DNA of 63,747 bases, filler included, from Octopus bimaculoides (lineage: Eukaryota), in NCBI RefSeq assembly GCF_001194135.2. It is 11 parts of 11 records of this genome, joined end to end, with 100 filler letters (N's around TTAATTAATTAA, not from the genome) between each part and the next. Parts side by side here need not be neighbours in the genome. Positions count along the whole stretch, not along the records: positions 36,945 to 45,453 come from NW_026318610.1; positions 45,554 to 50,892 come from NC_068995.1; 9 more parts are not named here. The stretch is one strand, 5' to 3'. This document shows positions 38,080-48,365 of the stretch, one piece after another (within the stretch, counting starts at the first letter, position 1; each line of letters begins with the position of its first letter). Position numbers and translations under genes: made by a program. The notes under the pieces were generated by a model. That model saw nothing but the letters and a program-made list of their open reading frames with translations. It ran no database searches and was not told the DNA's origin.

Positions 38080-38123
38080 TCATAACTGAAGAGACCAAAT
38101 CAGGTTGAAACATTGTCTAGTGA
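38080..38123 (+). ncRNA. Slightly decayed type I hammerhead (probable PLE 3' end)
   Basis: TCATAA-CTGAAGA-GACC-AAATCA-GGTT-GAAA-CATTG-TC-TAGTGA, followed by AATAAA. GGTT fits CpG decay of GGTC(G). Confidence 0.7.
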
Positions 38124-38190
38124 GTGACTGGCATTCTGAATAAAATCCTGTGTTTTTAACACACAGGTCTCTTGTAGCCAGAGTCATTGC

Positions 38191-38224
<34 letters not shown>

Positions 38225-38227
<3 letters not shown>

Positions 38228-38710
38228 AAGATGAAAGGAAAGGTCTATAGGAGTTGCATGAGAACTGCAGTGCTGTATGGGAGTGAGACATGGTGTTTGA
38301 GAGAGAGAGAGATGGCAGTTTTGAGGACTGGGAGAGCAATGGTGAGAGAAATGTGTGGCATGAGGCTGTTCGATAAGAGGAATGAGGACTTGATGGGGAT
38401 GCTGGGATTGGAGGAATGGCTGGCAAGGGTGAATGGAGTGCGGTGGTACGGGCATGTATTGAGGAGGGATGAGGAGCATGTTCTGAAGAGGGTGCTAGAG
38501 TTTGAGGTAAATGGACAGCGAAAGCAAGGTAGACCAAGGAAAGTGTGGAGGGGACAGGTGGAGGAGGAGACTGGGAGGGTTGGCTTGAGGAGGGAGGACG
38601 CCCCAAACCAGGCAAGATGGTGTGAGGGCAGTTGCTATGGCATTGAGGTAGATCCAGCCACCCCCATTAATGAGGACAAAACCCGGATTTAAAATGATGG
38701 ATGATGATGA
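38225..38710 (+). mobile_element. RTE-clade LINE 3' end
   Basis: LKMKGKVYRSCMRTAVLYGSETW...VRWYGHVLRRDEEHVLKRVLEFEVNGQRKQGRPRKVW, ending in a (GAT)n tail. Confidence 0.93.
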
Positions 38711-39029
38711 TATATATGCATTACCGAGCTGGCAGAATCGTTACCATGCCGGGCAAAATGTTTAGTTGCATTTCATGTCTTTACATTCTAAGTTCAAATT
38801 CTACCAAGGTCAAATCATCCAACCCATGCCAGCATGGAAAGCAGATGTTAAATGATGCTGTTGATGTATGTATGCATGCACACACTCACAAATAACCACA
38901 ATCATTATAAAATAATGCTCAACTGAAGCTGTTATTCACTCACACATACTCAGAAGTTATTAGTTATTCACAGACAATTACAAGTGCATGAAAACTATTC
39001 TTTATCTCCCTATATTTGAATCAGTTATG

Positions 39030-39070
<41 letters not shown>

Positions 39071-39305
39071 CACTCTACACACTTTAACTAACTGGTTATC
39101 AAATTTATGAAACTAACACCAGTTTTTGTTAAAATGTAACAGTTGGTTTGTGTTGCACTATAAGAAACAGTTTTGTAATAATGTAACTTTTGTTTATATT
39201 ACAATATAGCTGTTTGACTGTTACACTAGCTATTTGGTTGTTACACTTACTATTTCACTGTGTTACAATGTAATTATTTGGTTATGTTACAATGTAATTT
39301 TTCAG

Positions 39306-39388
39306 CTCATGCCCGCCTCATGCTTCGAGATGTTGTCACAGTTCAAGATGCTGTTGTTGCTGTTGTTCTCATGGAATCAACAATGGAG
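39306..39388 (+). CDS. MCM9: MCM9 helicase internal exon
   Basis: Acceptor tttttcag| and donor GAG|gtagat. 83 nt, phase 1 in and phase 0 out. Encodes (A)HARLMLRDVVTVQDAVVAVVLMESTME, matching vertebrate MCM9 [28 protein letters not shown] as recalled. Confidence 0.92.
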
Positions 39389-40413
39389 GTAGATTCCTGT
39401 TTTTGTTATTAAAATTTTGATGTCACTTTTAGAATAACATTTTTGGAACTATTTGATATTATATCTGAGGTTGTCATTTTGGGAGAGAGTTTGATGATTT
39501 CAATCTCGATGTAATTGTTTTAGTTGGGTTTTATGTTATAACTGCGACTGATGTTTTGGTAGAATTTAAACCAGGGAAATTGATGAATACAGCAGCTATG
39601 AATGATAAACAGCTTGCTAGTTTAAAGAAGGAACCCATGTAATATCAAAAGAAGAGAGACCAAGAGATAAACACCATCACTGGGCCACCACTACTGGTGG
39701 TGGTGTTTGTCAAACATATAGTCTTCACACATCCTATGAATATATGGTCTTCATAGGATTTATCTGATGCCTAGTTTAACTTAACTACCTAGTATTATTA
39801 GGGATTCCACTTTAGCAAAATTTTGGATCAGTTTGCTGGTTTGATGATACCTTCCTCTTTTTTTCTTTTCCAGTCTTGGAGACCTTGTAAAGGATTCTGA
39901 GCAGGATTCTTCCCTCTTCACAACTTGCCTGTATGTGTTTGTTTGTGTGTGTGCATGTTTTTTAGCTATGGCATTACACTGCATCCAGTGGTAAGGCTTC
40001 AGTTCGAGAATCACAAGAAAGTGGAGTTACCTCTTAATTACCATGACTCCCAGGCCTGTTCTATCCTGGATTTGTAGTGCCTATCAGGGTTCCATCTGTC
40101 GATTAAATAGATCCTGTTATTTTTGACAAAGCTGTGGGAAAGGCAGCTCTTCTAGAAGAAAGATACACTGACATAAAACTACCAGTCTGCAATGCTTGTC
40201 ATTAGAACTTACTATAGTGAGCAAGTGAGTGACAAAAGTGTTGTCCATATTTATACATGCATATACGTTTGTATGTATATATCAAACAAACATATTGAAT
40301 GTAGCTTTCAGTTATGACTGTACATACTCTGTTAACAATCATCATCATCTTACATCCATTTTCCATGCTGGCATGGGTTAGAAATACACGAGTTTTGTTT
40401 TATATTTGTAAAG

Positions 40414-40492
40414 GGAGCTGCCTTACTGGGAGGTGTCAATGCCCTTCATGCTGCTTTCCCTGACAATCCAGAAGAGGAACATAAAATCCAAG
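40414..40492 (+). CDS. MCM9: MCM9 helicase next exon
   Basis: Acceptor tttgtaaag| and donor AAG|gtaaga. 79 nt, phase 0 in, compatible with the previous exon. Encodes GAALLGGVNALHAAFPDNPEEEHKIQ, continuing MCM9 GGALLGGVNALHTSFPENP. Confidence 0.92.
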
Positions 40493-40858
40493 GTAAGAAT
40501 CAGAATTTTTCTTTCCTTCATTTGTTTCCGTTCCATGTCCATTTGGAATTTTTTGTTTTGTTTTTCATTGTCACCTACAAGGGGGTGCTGAAAAGATCAT
40601 GGCTTTAGGTAAAAGAAAATACAGGAGGATGAGTTGATTATGATTTCATTTCACATATTCTCCTCTCAGATTCACACATTTGTTGATGTGGTCCTTCAGT
40701 TTTTCTAAGCCTTGTAAAAGAACTCAGAAGTTTGGGCCTCCAACTTTAAACACAAAGAAACAGGAAAGAAGAGACATCAGAAAGGAAAAAATGTGGGAGG
40801 TAAAGCAGTAGAAGATGGAGGAGGTGATGGGTTACTGATTCCTGAGCAAATGGTGTAT

Positions 40859-41077
40859 TCAGCTGCACCCTGTGGTTATGACTACGAGGGTTTTGCTGTG
40901 GAGGATGGCCAGCAACATTTGCTGCAGCAGCCACTCCACCTTGCCGGGCTCATTTCTCTGGCGAGCTGCCATTATCAATATTTTGTGGAAGAAATTGATA
41001 CTACAAGGTCCTAGAACACTCGACATCTTGACAGCAACTGGCACAAACTGACAACAGCTGGCCAGGTCCCTATTATA
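40859..41077 (-). mobile_element. RLE-type non-LTR retrotransposon C-terminus (CRE-like), cut by gap
   Basis: RDLASCCQFVPVAVKMSSVLGP...LLQQMLLAILHSKTL is a decayed form of the FVP(V/F)AVET.G..G...LxQRxSxAxxRGNA terminal motif. RGN to HSK fits CpG decay. Confidence 0.7.
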
Positions 41078-42189
41078 NNNNNNNNNNNNNNNNNNNNNNN
41101 NNNNNNNNNNNNNNNNNNNNNNNNNNNNNNNNNNNNNNNNNNNNNNNNNNNNNNNNNNNNNNNNNNNNNNNNNNNNNNNNNNNNNNNNNNNNNNNNNNNN
41201 NNNNNNNNNNNNNNNNNNNNNNNNNNNNNNNNNNNNNNNNNNNNNNNNNNNNNNNNNNNNNNNNNNNNNNNNNNNNNNNNNNNNNNNNNNNNNNNNNNNN
41301 NNNNNNNNNNNNNNNNNNNNNNNNNNNNNNNNNNNNNNNNNNNNNNNNNNNNNNNNNNNNNNNNNNNNNNNNNNNNNNNNNNNNNNNNNNNNNNNNNNNN
41401 NNNNNNNNNNNNNNNNNNNNNNNNNNNNNNNNNNNNNNNNNNNNNNNNNNNNNNNNNNNNNNNNNNNNNNNNNNNNNNNNNNNNNNNNNNNNNNNNNNNN
41501 NNNNNNNNNNNNNNNNNNNNNNNNNNNNNNNNNNNNNNNNNNNNNNNNNNNNNNNNNNNNNNNNNNNNNNNNNNNNNNNNNNNNNNNNNNNNNNNNNNNN
41601 NNNNNNNNNNNNNNNNNNNNNNNNNNNNNNNNNNNNNNNNNNNNNNNNNNNNNNNNNNNNNNNNNNNNNNNNNNNNNNNNNNNNNNNNNNNNNNNNNNNN
41701 NNNNNNNNNNNNNNNNNNNNNNNNNNNNNNNNNNNNNNNNNNNNNNNNNNNNNNNNNNNNNNNNNNNNNNNNNNNNNNNNNNNNNNNNNNNNNNNNNNNN
41801 NNNNNNNNNNNNNNNNNNNNNNNNNNNNNNNNNNNNNNNNNNNNNNNNNNNNNNNNNNNNNNNNNNNNNNNNNNNNNNNNNNNNNNNNNNNNNNNNNNNN
41901 NNNNNNNNNNNNNNNNNNNNNNNNNNNNNNNNNNNNNNNNNNNNNNNNNNNNNNNNNNNNNNNNNNNNNNNNNNNNNNNTGTTGCTACACAATTTTGCCA
42001 GAATTCTATCAGGTTAGGCAGAAGATGTTGATGCACCATTTTGCATTATGTTCAAAGTAGCTTCTGGAATGTGGTGAATTGCTGCAGTCTGTTGCTGTCA
42101 TTTTAAACTGGCTGCTTTCTTTCCCCAGCAAACTCTCTTCTTTGGAGGCATAATCTATGTATATATTAAACAGAACAACAAAAGTTATA

Positions 42190-43243
42190 ATAGATGGCAG
42201 GGTCGGTACTTTTCACATATCTGTAATTTTTCAGATTAACACCCGCACGATTACCCAACCCTAACCCTAAAACCCTAAACCTAACCGTAACACTAACCCT
42301 AACCCTAAAACCTGAACCCTAACACCCTAGTGAAAATTGTGGTATATTTACCAAACATTGACGAACATGAGTTATATTGTTGTCAATGATTGTGTGTACA
42401 GGTAGAAGGTAAGAAATATAAAAGTAAATGGAATTTTAAAATGTTTACATCAATGGAATTTTTTCGATGTGAACTTTCCAGTGCAGTAATTACATGCTCA
42501 ATATATAATATAGAGAGTAAGAGTAAAAGAGGGGGAAAGAGAGAGAGAGAGGGGCATAAACCCTAACACTAACACCCTAGTGAAAATCGTGGTATATTTA
42601 CCAAACATTGACGAACATGAGTTATATTGTAGTGAATGTTTTGTGAGAGAGAAGAGGGGGGGGGAATAGAGATGGTAGCAATGAAAAGAGAGAACGGAAG
42701 ACAGTTATAAAATAGCAATGCGTGCAGTGTTTATATAAAAAACACAGAAACTAAATCTTATATCTATAATGTTGAATTGTGTATGTGTTTATGTGTATGT
42801 TAGGGTTAGGGTTAGATCACGTATGTGTGGTCGTGTGTGTTTTTACGTTTCTATGTTATGAAAAATATGTTAGAGGTAGAGGAAAAGTATTATATTAGAG
42901 AGAGGAAGAAGTAAGAGTGTAAAATGTAACCAAGTTAATCTATGACTTTGTATGTATCACTTTCTCTCTCTCTCCCTCTCCCTCTTTTACTCTTACTCCC
43001 TATAACAACGCCAGTACAGGTAGAAGGGAAGGAATATAAATGTTACTAGAAACGACAACCAAATCTCCCTTAAATCACACAAAGTAAACGGAATTTTAAA
43101 AATCTAATTACTGCACTGGAAAGTTCACATCAAGAAAATTCCATTGATGTAAAAAAATTTTCGAAAAAGTGGAAAATGTGGATTTCTATAAACTTTCAAA
43201 AAGGCTTCACACAGACACACAACTTCAGCTTTATATATTGAGA
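42190..43243. repeat. Rearranged composite repeat with degenerate (CCCTAA)n/(TTAGGG)n patches
   Basis: Hexamers at 42256-42330, 42555-42580 and 42798-42815. Internal direct duplication (42320-42385 / 42570-42632) and inverted duplications (42454-42502 / 43105-43153). Confidence 0.8.
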
Positions 43244-43299
43244 TATATATAATCAGGTAAACTACAAGGAATCTTGTGTAACTCTGCTTCAGCAAGACT

Positions 43300-44237
43300 T
43301 AAAAAGATAGAAAAGAATGAAAGGGGTACAGTGAACTTGCTGTGAGGACTACTATATCCAACATTTCAGATGCAACCCTTCCTCAGGAGGTAGAGGAAAA
43401 GAGATGTTGAAGAAAGACAGAGTTTTACTTCCTCTCAGCTTGAAAAACTGGCTGCAACTCGTAATGGACACAGTAACACAAGCTGCTAACATGAATCAGA
43501 AGTTATAGGAGAGGGCATGCAGAAAGGAGGAGGATTAAAAAGGGTAAAAAAAGAATGAAGAGGAGGTGAAAGGATGAAAGGAAAAATGTTCATTCATACC
43601 AGTTGGGGACATAGTGTCAAGATTAAATATGAGGCATTGCTCCTTTCGTTTCCTTGAGAAGTGGGGTCCATGGTGCAAGGCCATGCCATACACTGATAAA
43701 TCTGCAAATGATTCAGTGTTGAAGTGGGTGGCAACAAATTAACCTGACATGCGTAGCATTATGCTTCTAATGTATTCACGAAAGCGATTTCCAAGACATC
43801 ACCCTATTTCTCCAATGTAAAGAGCACCACAGAGTTTGCATATGATGCAATATATGAGATTCGCCAAAATGCAACAGAAGTGGTATGTTATGTGATACTG
43901 CCTCTTGGGCCCTTTGATGATCGTAGTATTGTTGATGTGGGGGGAGGGTGTTACCTCGTCAGCGAGAACATTTACAAGTTCCTGATGGAGGATACCCTCG
44001 ATTCAGAAAAAAACTGTTGCAGCATTTTGCAATGTGATTCGAAATCTGAATCGATGCTGCAGAGTCGTCAAAGGCAAAGAAACAGAGAAAGGTATGGCAG
44101 ATTTAATGTGTTTGGGGTGAAGGGAAGAGTTTTGGAGGTAGGAGTGGGAGTCGGTAGGTTTATAGTAGACAGAGGTGGAGAGGTGGGTATTGTGTATTTT
44201 GACGGAGATGCCCAGAAAGCAAACAGAAGTATCAGAT
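43300..44237 (-). mobile_element. Penelope-like element 3' part (Neptune/Poseidon-like): RT thumb, GIY-YIG and degenerate hammerhead
   Basis: SVCFLGISV...STSVYYKPTDSHSYL...HPKHIKSAIPFS; NLIYCIICKLCGALYIGEIG*CLGNRFREY...VATHFN...GMNEHFSF. Hammerhead relic CTGAGGA-AGGG-TTGCA-TCT-GAAA-TGT-T-GGA at 43357-43390. Confidence 0.9.
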
Positions 44238-44238
44238 A

Positions 44239-45001
44239 CTAGCAGTATAGCCCGGCTTTACCCAGGATTAAGTTAGGATTATTAAGCTAATCAAGTTCTT
44301 TATTTCAAACCAAACTAAGTAATATCGACATCAAATTTGGGCGAAATCCGTTGAAATTGGTAAACTTTTGGCTGAAAATGAGTTGCAGACAACTTGATTG
44401 GGTTAGGAATCGGTTTATTGATTTAAAAAAGTTTTTTTTTCGTTTTTGGAGAACTTAAAGCATACAAAGATCCCATGAGTCCTAAGTAATGCTGGCATCA
44501 AGTTTGAACAAAATACATCAAAATTGGTAAAAGTTATGGTTGAAAATAGGGTGTAGTCAATTTTATTGGGAAATCCTATAAGGAATTGGTTTATCGATTT
44601 TTTTTTTTTTATCGTGATTAAATGGAAAACCCCATAAGGAATCAGTTTATTGATTTTTCACCCCAAATAGGACTTAACCGAACACAATATTGCTGATTCA
44701 AAAACATTTATATTTATACTTTAAAGTTGGTTTTCACACCCAGCCCAGTTCTGCAGAATCACTGTCGCGACGGGAGCGCATGGGTTGGGAATTTGAGCGG
44801 CAGAGGTGATCAGGTTGCACATGCCAGCTCTTTGAAAACACCATCCCCATCATCTAACCCCCCTTTGCCCATGGGTTGGGAACCCTTCCAGCAAAGAAAA
44901 TAGAATGCCCAAAAGGGCTCCCAATTCTCTGTGTCAGAAGTGGTTATGTTCAGATCACAACTAAGTCTTAAGTATATATATATATACATATATATAAAAG
45001 A
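44239..45001 (-). mobile_element. Non-autonomous Helitron
   Basis: On the minus strand it starts A|TC at 45001 and ends with a GC-rich imperfect hairpin (CCTGGG-TAAAG-CCGGG) plus CTAG|T at 44239, giving an AT target with no TSD. Confidence 0.6.
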
Positions 45002-45553
45002 TAAACAAGAGTGAAAAAACTAGAGAAGGCTTGTGTTATATGGTTAAAGTATATATTTATATCGTTATGTTAGAAAAATGTTATAAAATTTTGAGTATAG
45101 AAACATTGTTTTTGGAGAAATAACTGGTTTCGTATTTTCTTTTCAAATTTCTCTACCTGTATTGTAAAATATGGGGTTATAGATAGGGAGAGGTAATCAG
45201 GGTTTTTTTCCGGTATAAGGGAGATAATTAAAAATGTTTGGGGGTATGATAGATTTTGATTAATTTAACATGATTTGGTTTAGAAGGAATAGAATGTTAC
45301 AAGTGATTAGGTTTTGCTTTATAGTTTTTTTCAATGAGGTGAGTTTCTTTATTTAAAAGTGTTAGCAATGGTTGAGCTTTGGCTTATATTTTTCAATGAA
45401 GCCGGTTTCCTTATTTAATCTAATTTGTGTTGGTGTTCCAATGGCACATTGATNNNNNNNNNNNNNNNNNNNNNNNNNNNNNNNNNNNNNNNNNNNNTTA
45501 ATTAATTAANNNNNNNNNNNNNNNNNNNNNNNNNNNNNNNNNNNNNNNNNNNN

Positions 45554-45726
45554 TCACAGTTATCATCATTCTCATCAATCATCATCAGCATCACAGTTAT
45601 CATCATTCTCATCAATCATCATCAGCATCACAGTTATCATCATTCTCATCAATCATCATCAGCATCACAGTTATCATCATTCTCATCAATCATCATCAGC
45701 ATCACAGTTATCATCATTCTCATCAT
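45554..45726. repeat. 37-bp tandem repeat, ~4.6 identical units
   Basis: TCACAGTTATCATCATTCTCATCAATCATCATCAGCA starts at 45554, 45591, 45628, 45665 and 45702. The array runs into a gap. Confidence 0.97.
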
Positions 45727-47137
45727 GATTGACAATCAAAGTTGTAAATATTTACATCATCGTTATCATATCGTCTATATTAACTCCTTGTCTAATGAAT
45801 GGTTCATATAATGCCAGCTTGGAGAACAGATGTTAAAACTTGATGATGATGATGATGATGATGAGAGTGTACAGTATTTACATTTGTTTCTTTAGGATGT
45901 GAGTTCAAATTCCACTTGAGGTGTTGTCTTAGCTCTTTTTTGTTGACAGTATACCAGTAATATATTGAAACGACACAAGCCATTGTTGTTGGTATACTGA
46001 GGTAACTTAATTATTTATTGCTAATAATATCGCAGTTATTTTTCACCTCTAACTCAACTAACCTGATAAATTACCTTTAATTATTTTGAAGCCCTTACAG
46101 ACTGTGGGTCCCAAAGTTATCACTTGTTTAGCCTATGCCTAATCTTGGGCCAGTTCTAGTCGTATTGATCTTCCTACTCTCAGAACGGCGCTGTCACTCC
46201 TCCTTCCTGACCAAATGTAGTCTTCTACCTCCAGAGAAATTCTTGTTATTACTCATGCCATAACCATCAATAGGATTATTTTTAGAAATAGTCTTTTGCA
46301 TTTACTTATTATTTTTCTCTTTTACATTTTAATTCCAAATATAGTATTCATTAAAACATGTTTTGTTTTTTTTATTTCATCCAATTGTTCAATATATTTT
46401 TCATTGTTTCTTCAATGCCGGTCTCCACCTCCATCGCCATCTTCCCTACCATCATCATAACCTCCACCATCAACATCTCTGCTCCCACCTTCCTATCACC
46501 CCTTCCACCACATTCCAACTGATCATTGTTGAATTAAAACATACTTCACTGACTTTTCCTATATAACAGTGAAAAAAAAATATACTCTATATATTGATAA
46601 AAAATAATTATATAAATGTTATTTGATAAAAAAAACATTATTATTATTATTGTTGTTGTTATTGTTATTAGTGGTTTCAAATTTTGGTACAAGGCCAGCA
46701 ATTTTGGAGGAGGGGTAGGTGAAGTACATCAACATCTGTACTCAACAGGTACTTATTTTATAAGGGTTGTTTAAGGATGTTGAACAAAACACCCATGTTT
46801 CCAGAGGTGAATTATCTAAACCCCAAAGAATTCCTCTCAACACATAGCTATGATGCTGCCCCGCTACTTCTGCTCGTGATCAGAGATGCACATATCGTCA
46901 GCCACCAAGGGACATACTTAACTTATTACTATTAAGGCAGCGAGCTGGCAGCATTGTTAGCACGCCGGGCGAAATACTTAGTGGTATTTTGTCTGCTGCT
47001 ATGTTCTGAGTTCAAACTCTGCCGAAGTCGACTTGGTCTTTCATCTTTTAAATTTGAAATGAGTGAATGTATTTCACTAGAATTATTATATGTTTACAAG
47101 AGCTTGACAGGCATCTTTGACTAGCAGGTCATGCTAC

Positions 47138-47180
47138 TCCAGACTGATGATGAGCAAAGACTCAGAAACATGTCTCTGGA
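47138..47180 (+). ncRNA. Canonical minimal type I hammerhead ribozyme
   Basis: TCCAGA-CTGATGA-TGAG-CAAAGA-CTCA-GAAA-CATG-TC-TCTGGA. Perfect 6-bp stem I, 4-bp stem II, palindromic stem III (ACAUGU), GUC triplet. Predicted cleavage after C47174. Confidence 0.9.
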
Positions 47181-48311
47181 TGCTGGCTTAGCTGGGTGGA
47201 GGTGCTTGTCTCCCCCTTGTAAACATAAAGACACAGGATATGTGTCAAGGCCGACAGGAAGCGGTGTAGCTTCCTAGGTCTAAACAACAGTAGTATTATT
47301 CCCTTCATGGGACTGTCACATTAAGTTGACAGCATACAACTACTTCATCAAATTTACCAGTTTTTGACAAATATCATCCTTCTTCAATGCCAAATCCTCT
47401 CCGAGAGGATTTTTGTCTTGCCAAGTTACTTGCTGACCTTTGAAAGTGTTGGTGCCACGCATGTCCTCACTGTAAAGAGGTTGGGGTTTAGAAGGGCATT
47501 CAACTGTAAAAACTATGCCAAAACTGACCTCGCCTGTGCTGATGCCACGTAAAATGCACTTACTCCACTCTGCTGGGTGGTTGGTGTTAAGAAGAGCATT
47601 CAGCTGTAAAAGCCCTGTGAAACCGTCCAACCTATGCTAGCATGGATGGCGGATATTAAACGATGATGATGATATAATGAAATTCCCTGCTACAACAATC
47701 TATAATGGATCTAGTACAGACTGTTGGGTAGAATGTGCTACAATACTTGTCCTGAATCTCTACACACTGAGTTCAAATCGCACAGAGGTTAACTTTACCT
47801 TTCATCTTTACCAAGTTATTAGAATGCTGGTACAGTTCTCTGTCTGTCTGTCTCTCTCTCCTTCTCTCCCTCGTCTCTTTCTTTCTCTCTTCCTCCAGCT
47901 GTCACATGTCAGATCTTCCACTGGGTCAGAGGATGGTGGGAGGGGAAAGAGCGGTGTCTGTGTTTTCTCGCAGCTGCATGGGTTCCTAAAACAATTAGCT
48001 GAAGCATGGTACACATTACGGAGTCCTCCTCAATTGCAACTGACAGCCACAGTTTATATCTATGCACACACACACACACACACCCCTACATAAATATATA
48101 CATACGCAAGCACACATGCACACATACATACATACATATACATGTTAATTTTATATTTGTATCTAATGTGTGTGTGTATGCACACATACACACACACACA
48201 CATACATACATAGCTACATACATACACACATATATTCATACTTACATATACATATGTTATATGTATGTAATGTATGTGTGTGTATGTGTGTGTATATGTA
48301 TGTAAACGCAC

Positions 48312-48365
<54 letters not shown>

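Noticed and set aside
38150-38692. 180-aa ORF as a host gene
   Set aside because: It is an RTE LINE C-terminus with a (GAT)n tail, and the ORF start is a TA microsatellite.
42256-42330. True telomere or chromosome end
   Set aside because: Short, degenerate, internal, and present in both orientations.
45554-45726. 37-bp repeats as a CRISPR array
   Set aside because: The units are contiguous with no spacers, there are no cas genes, and the context is eukaryotic.
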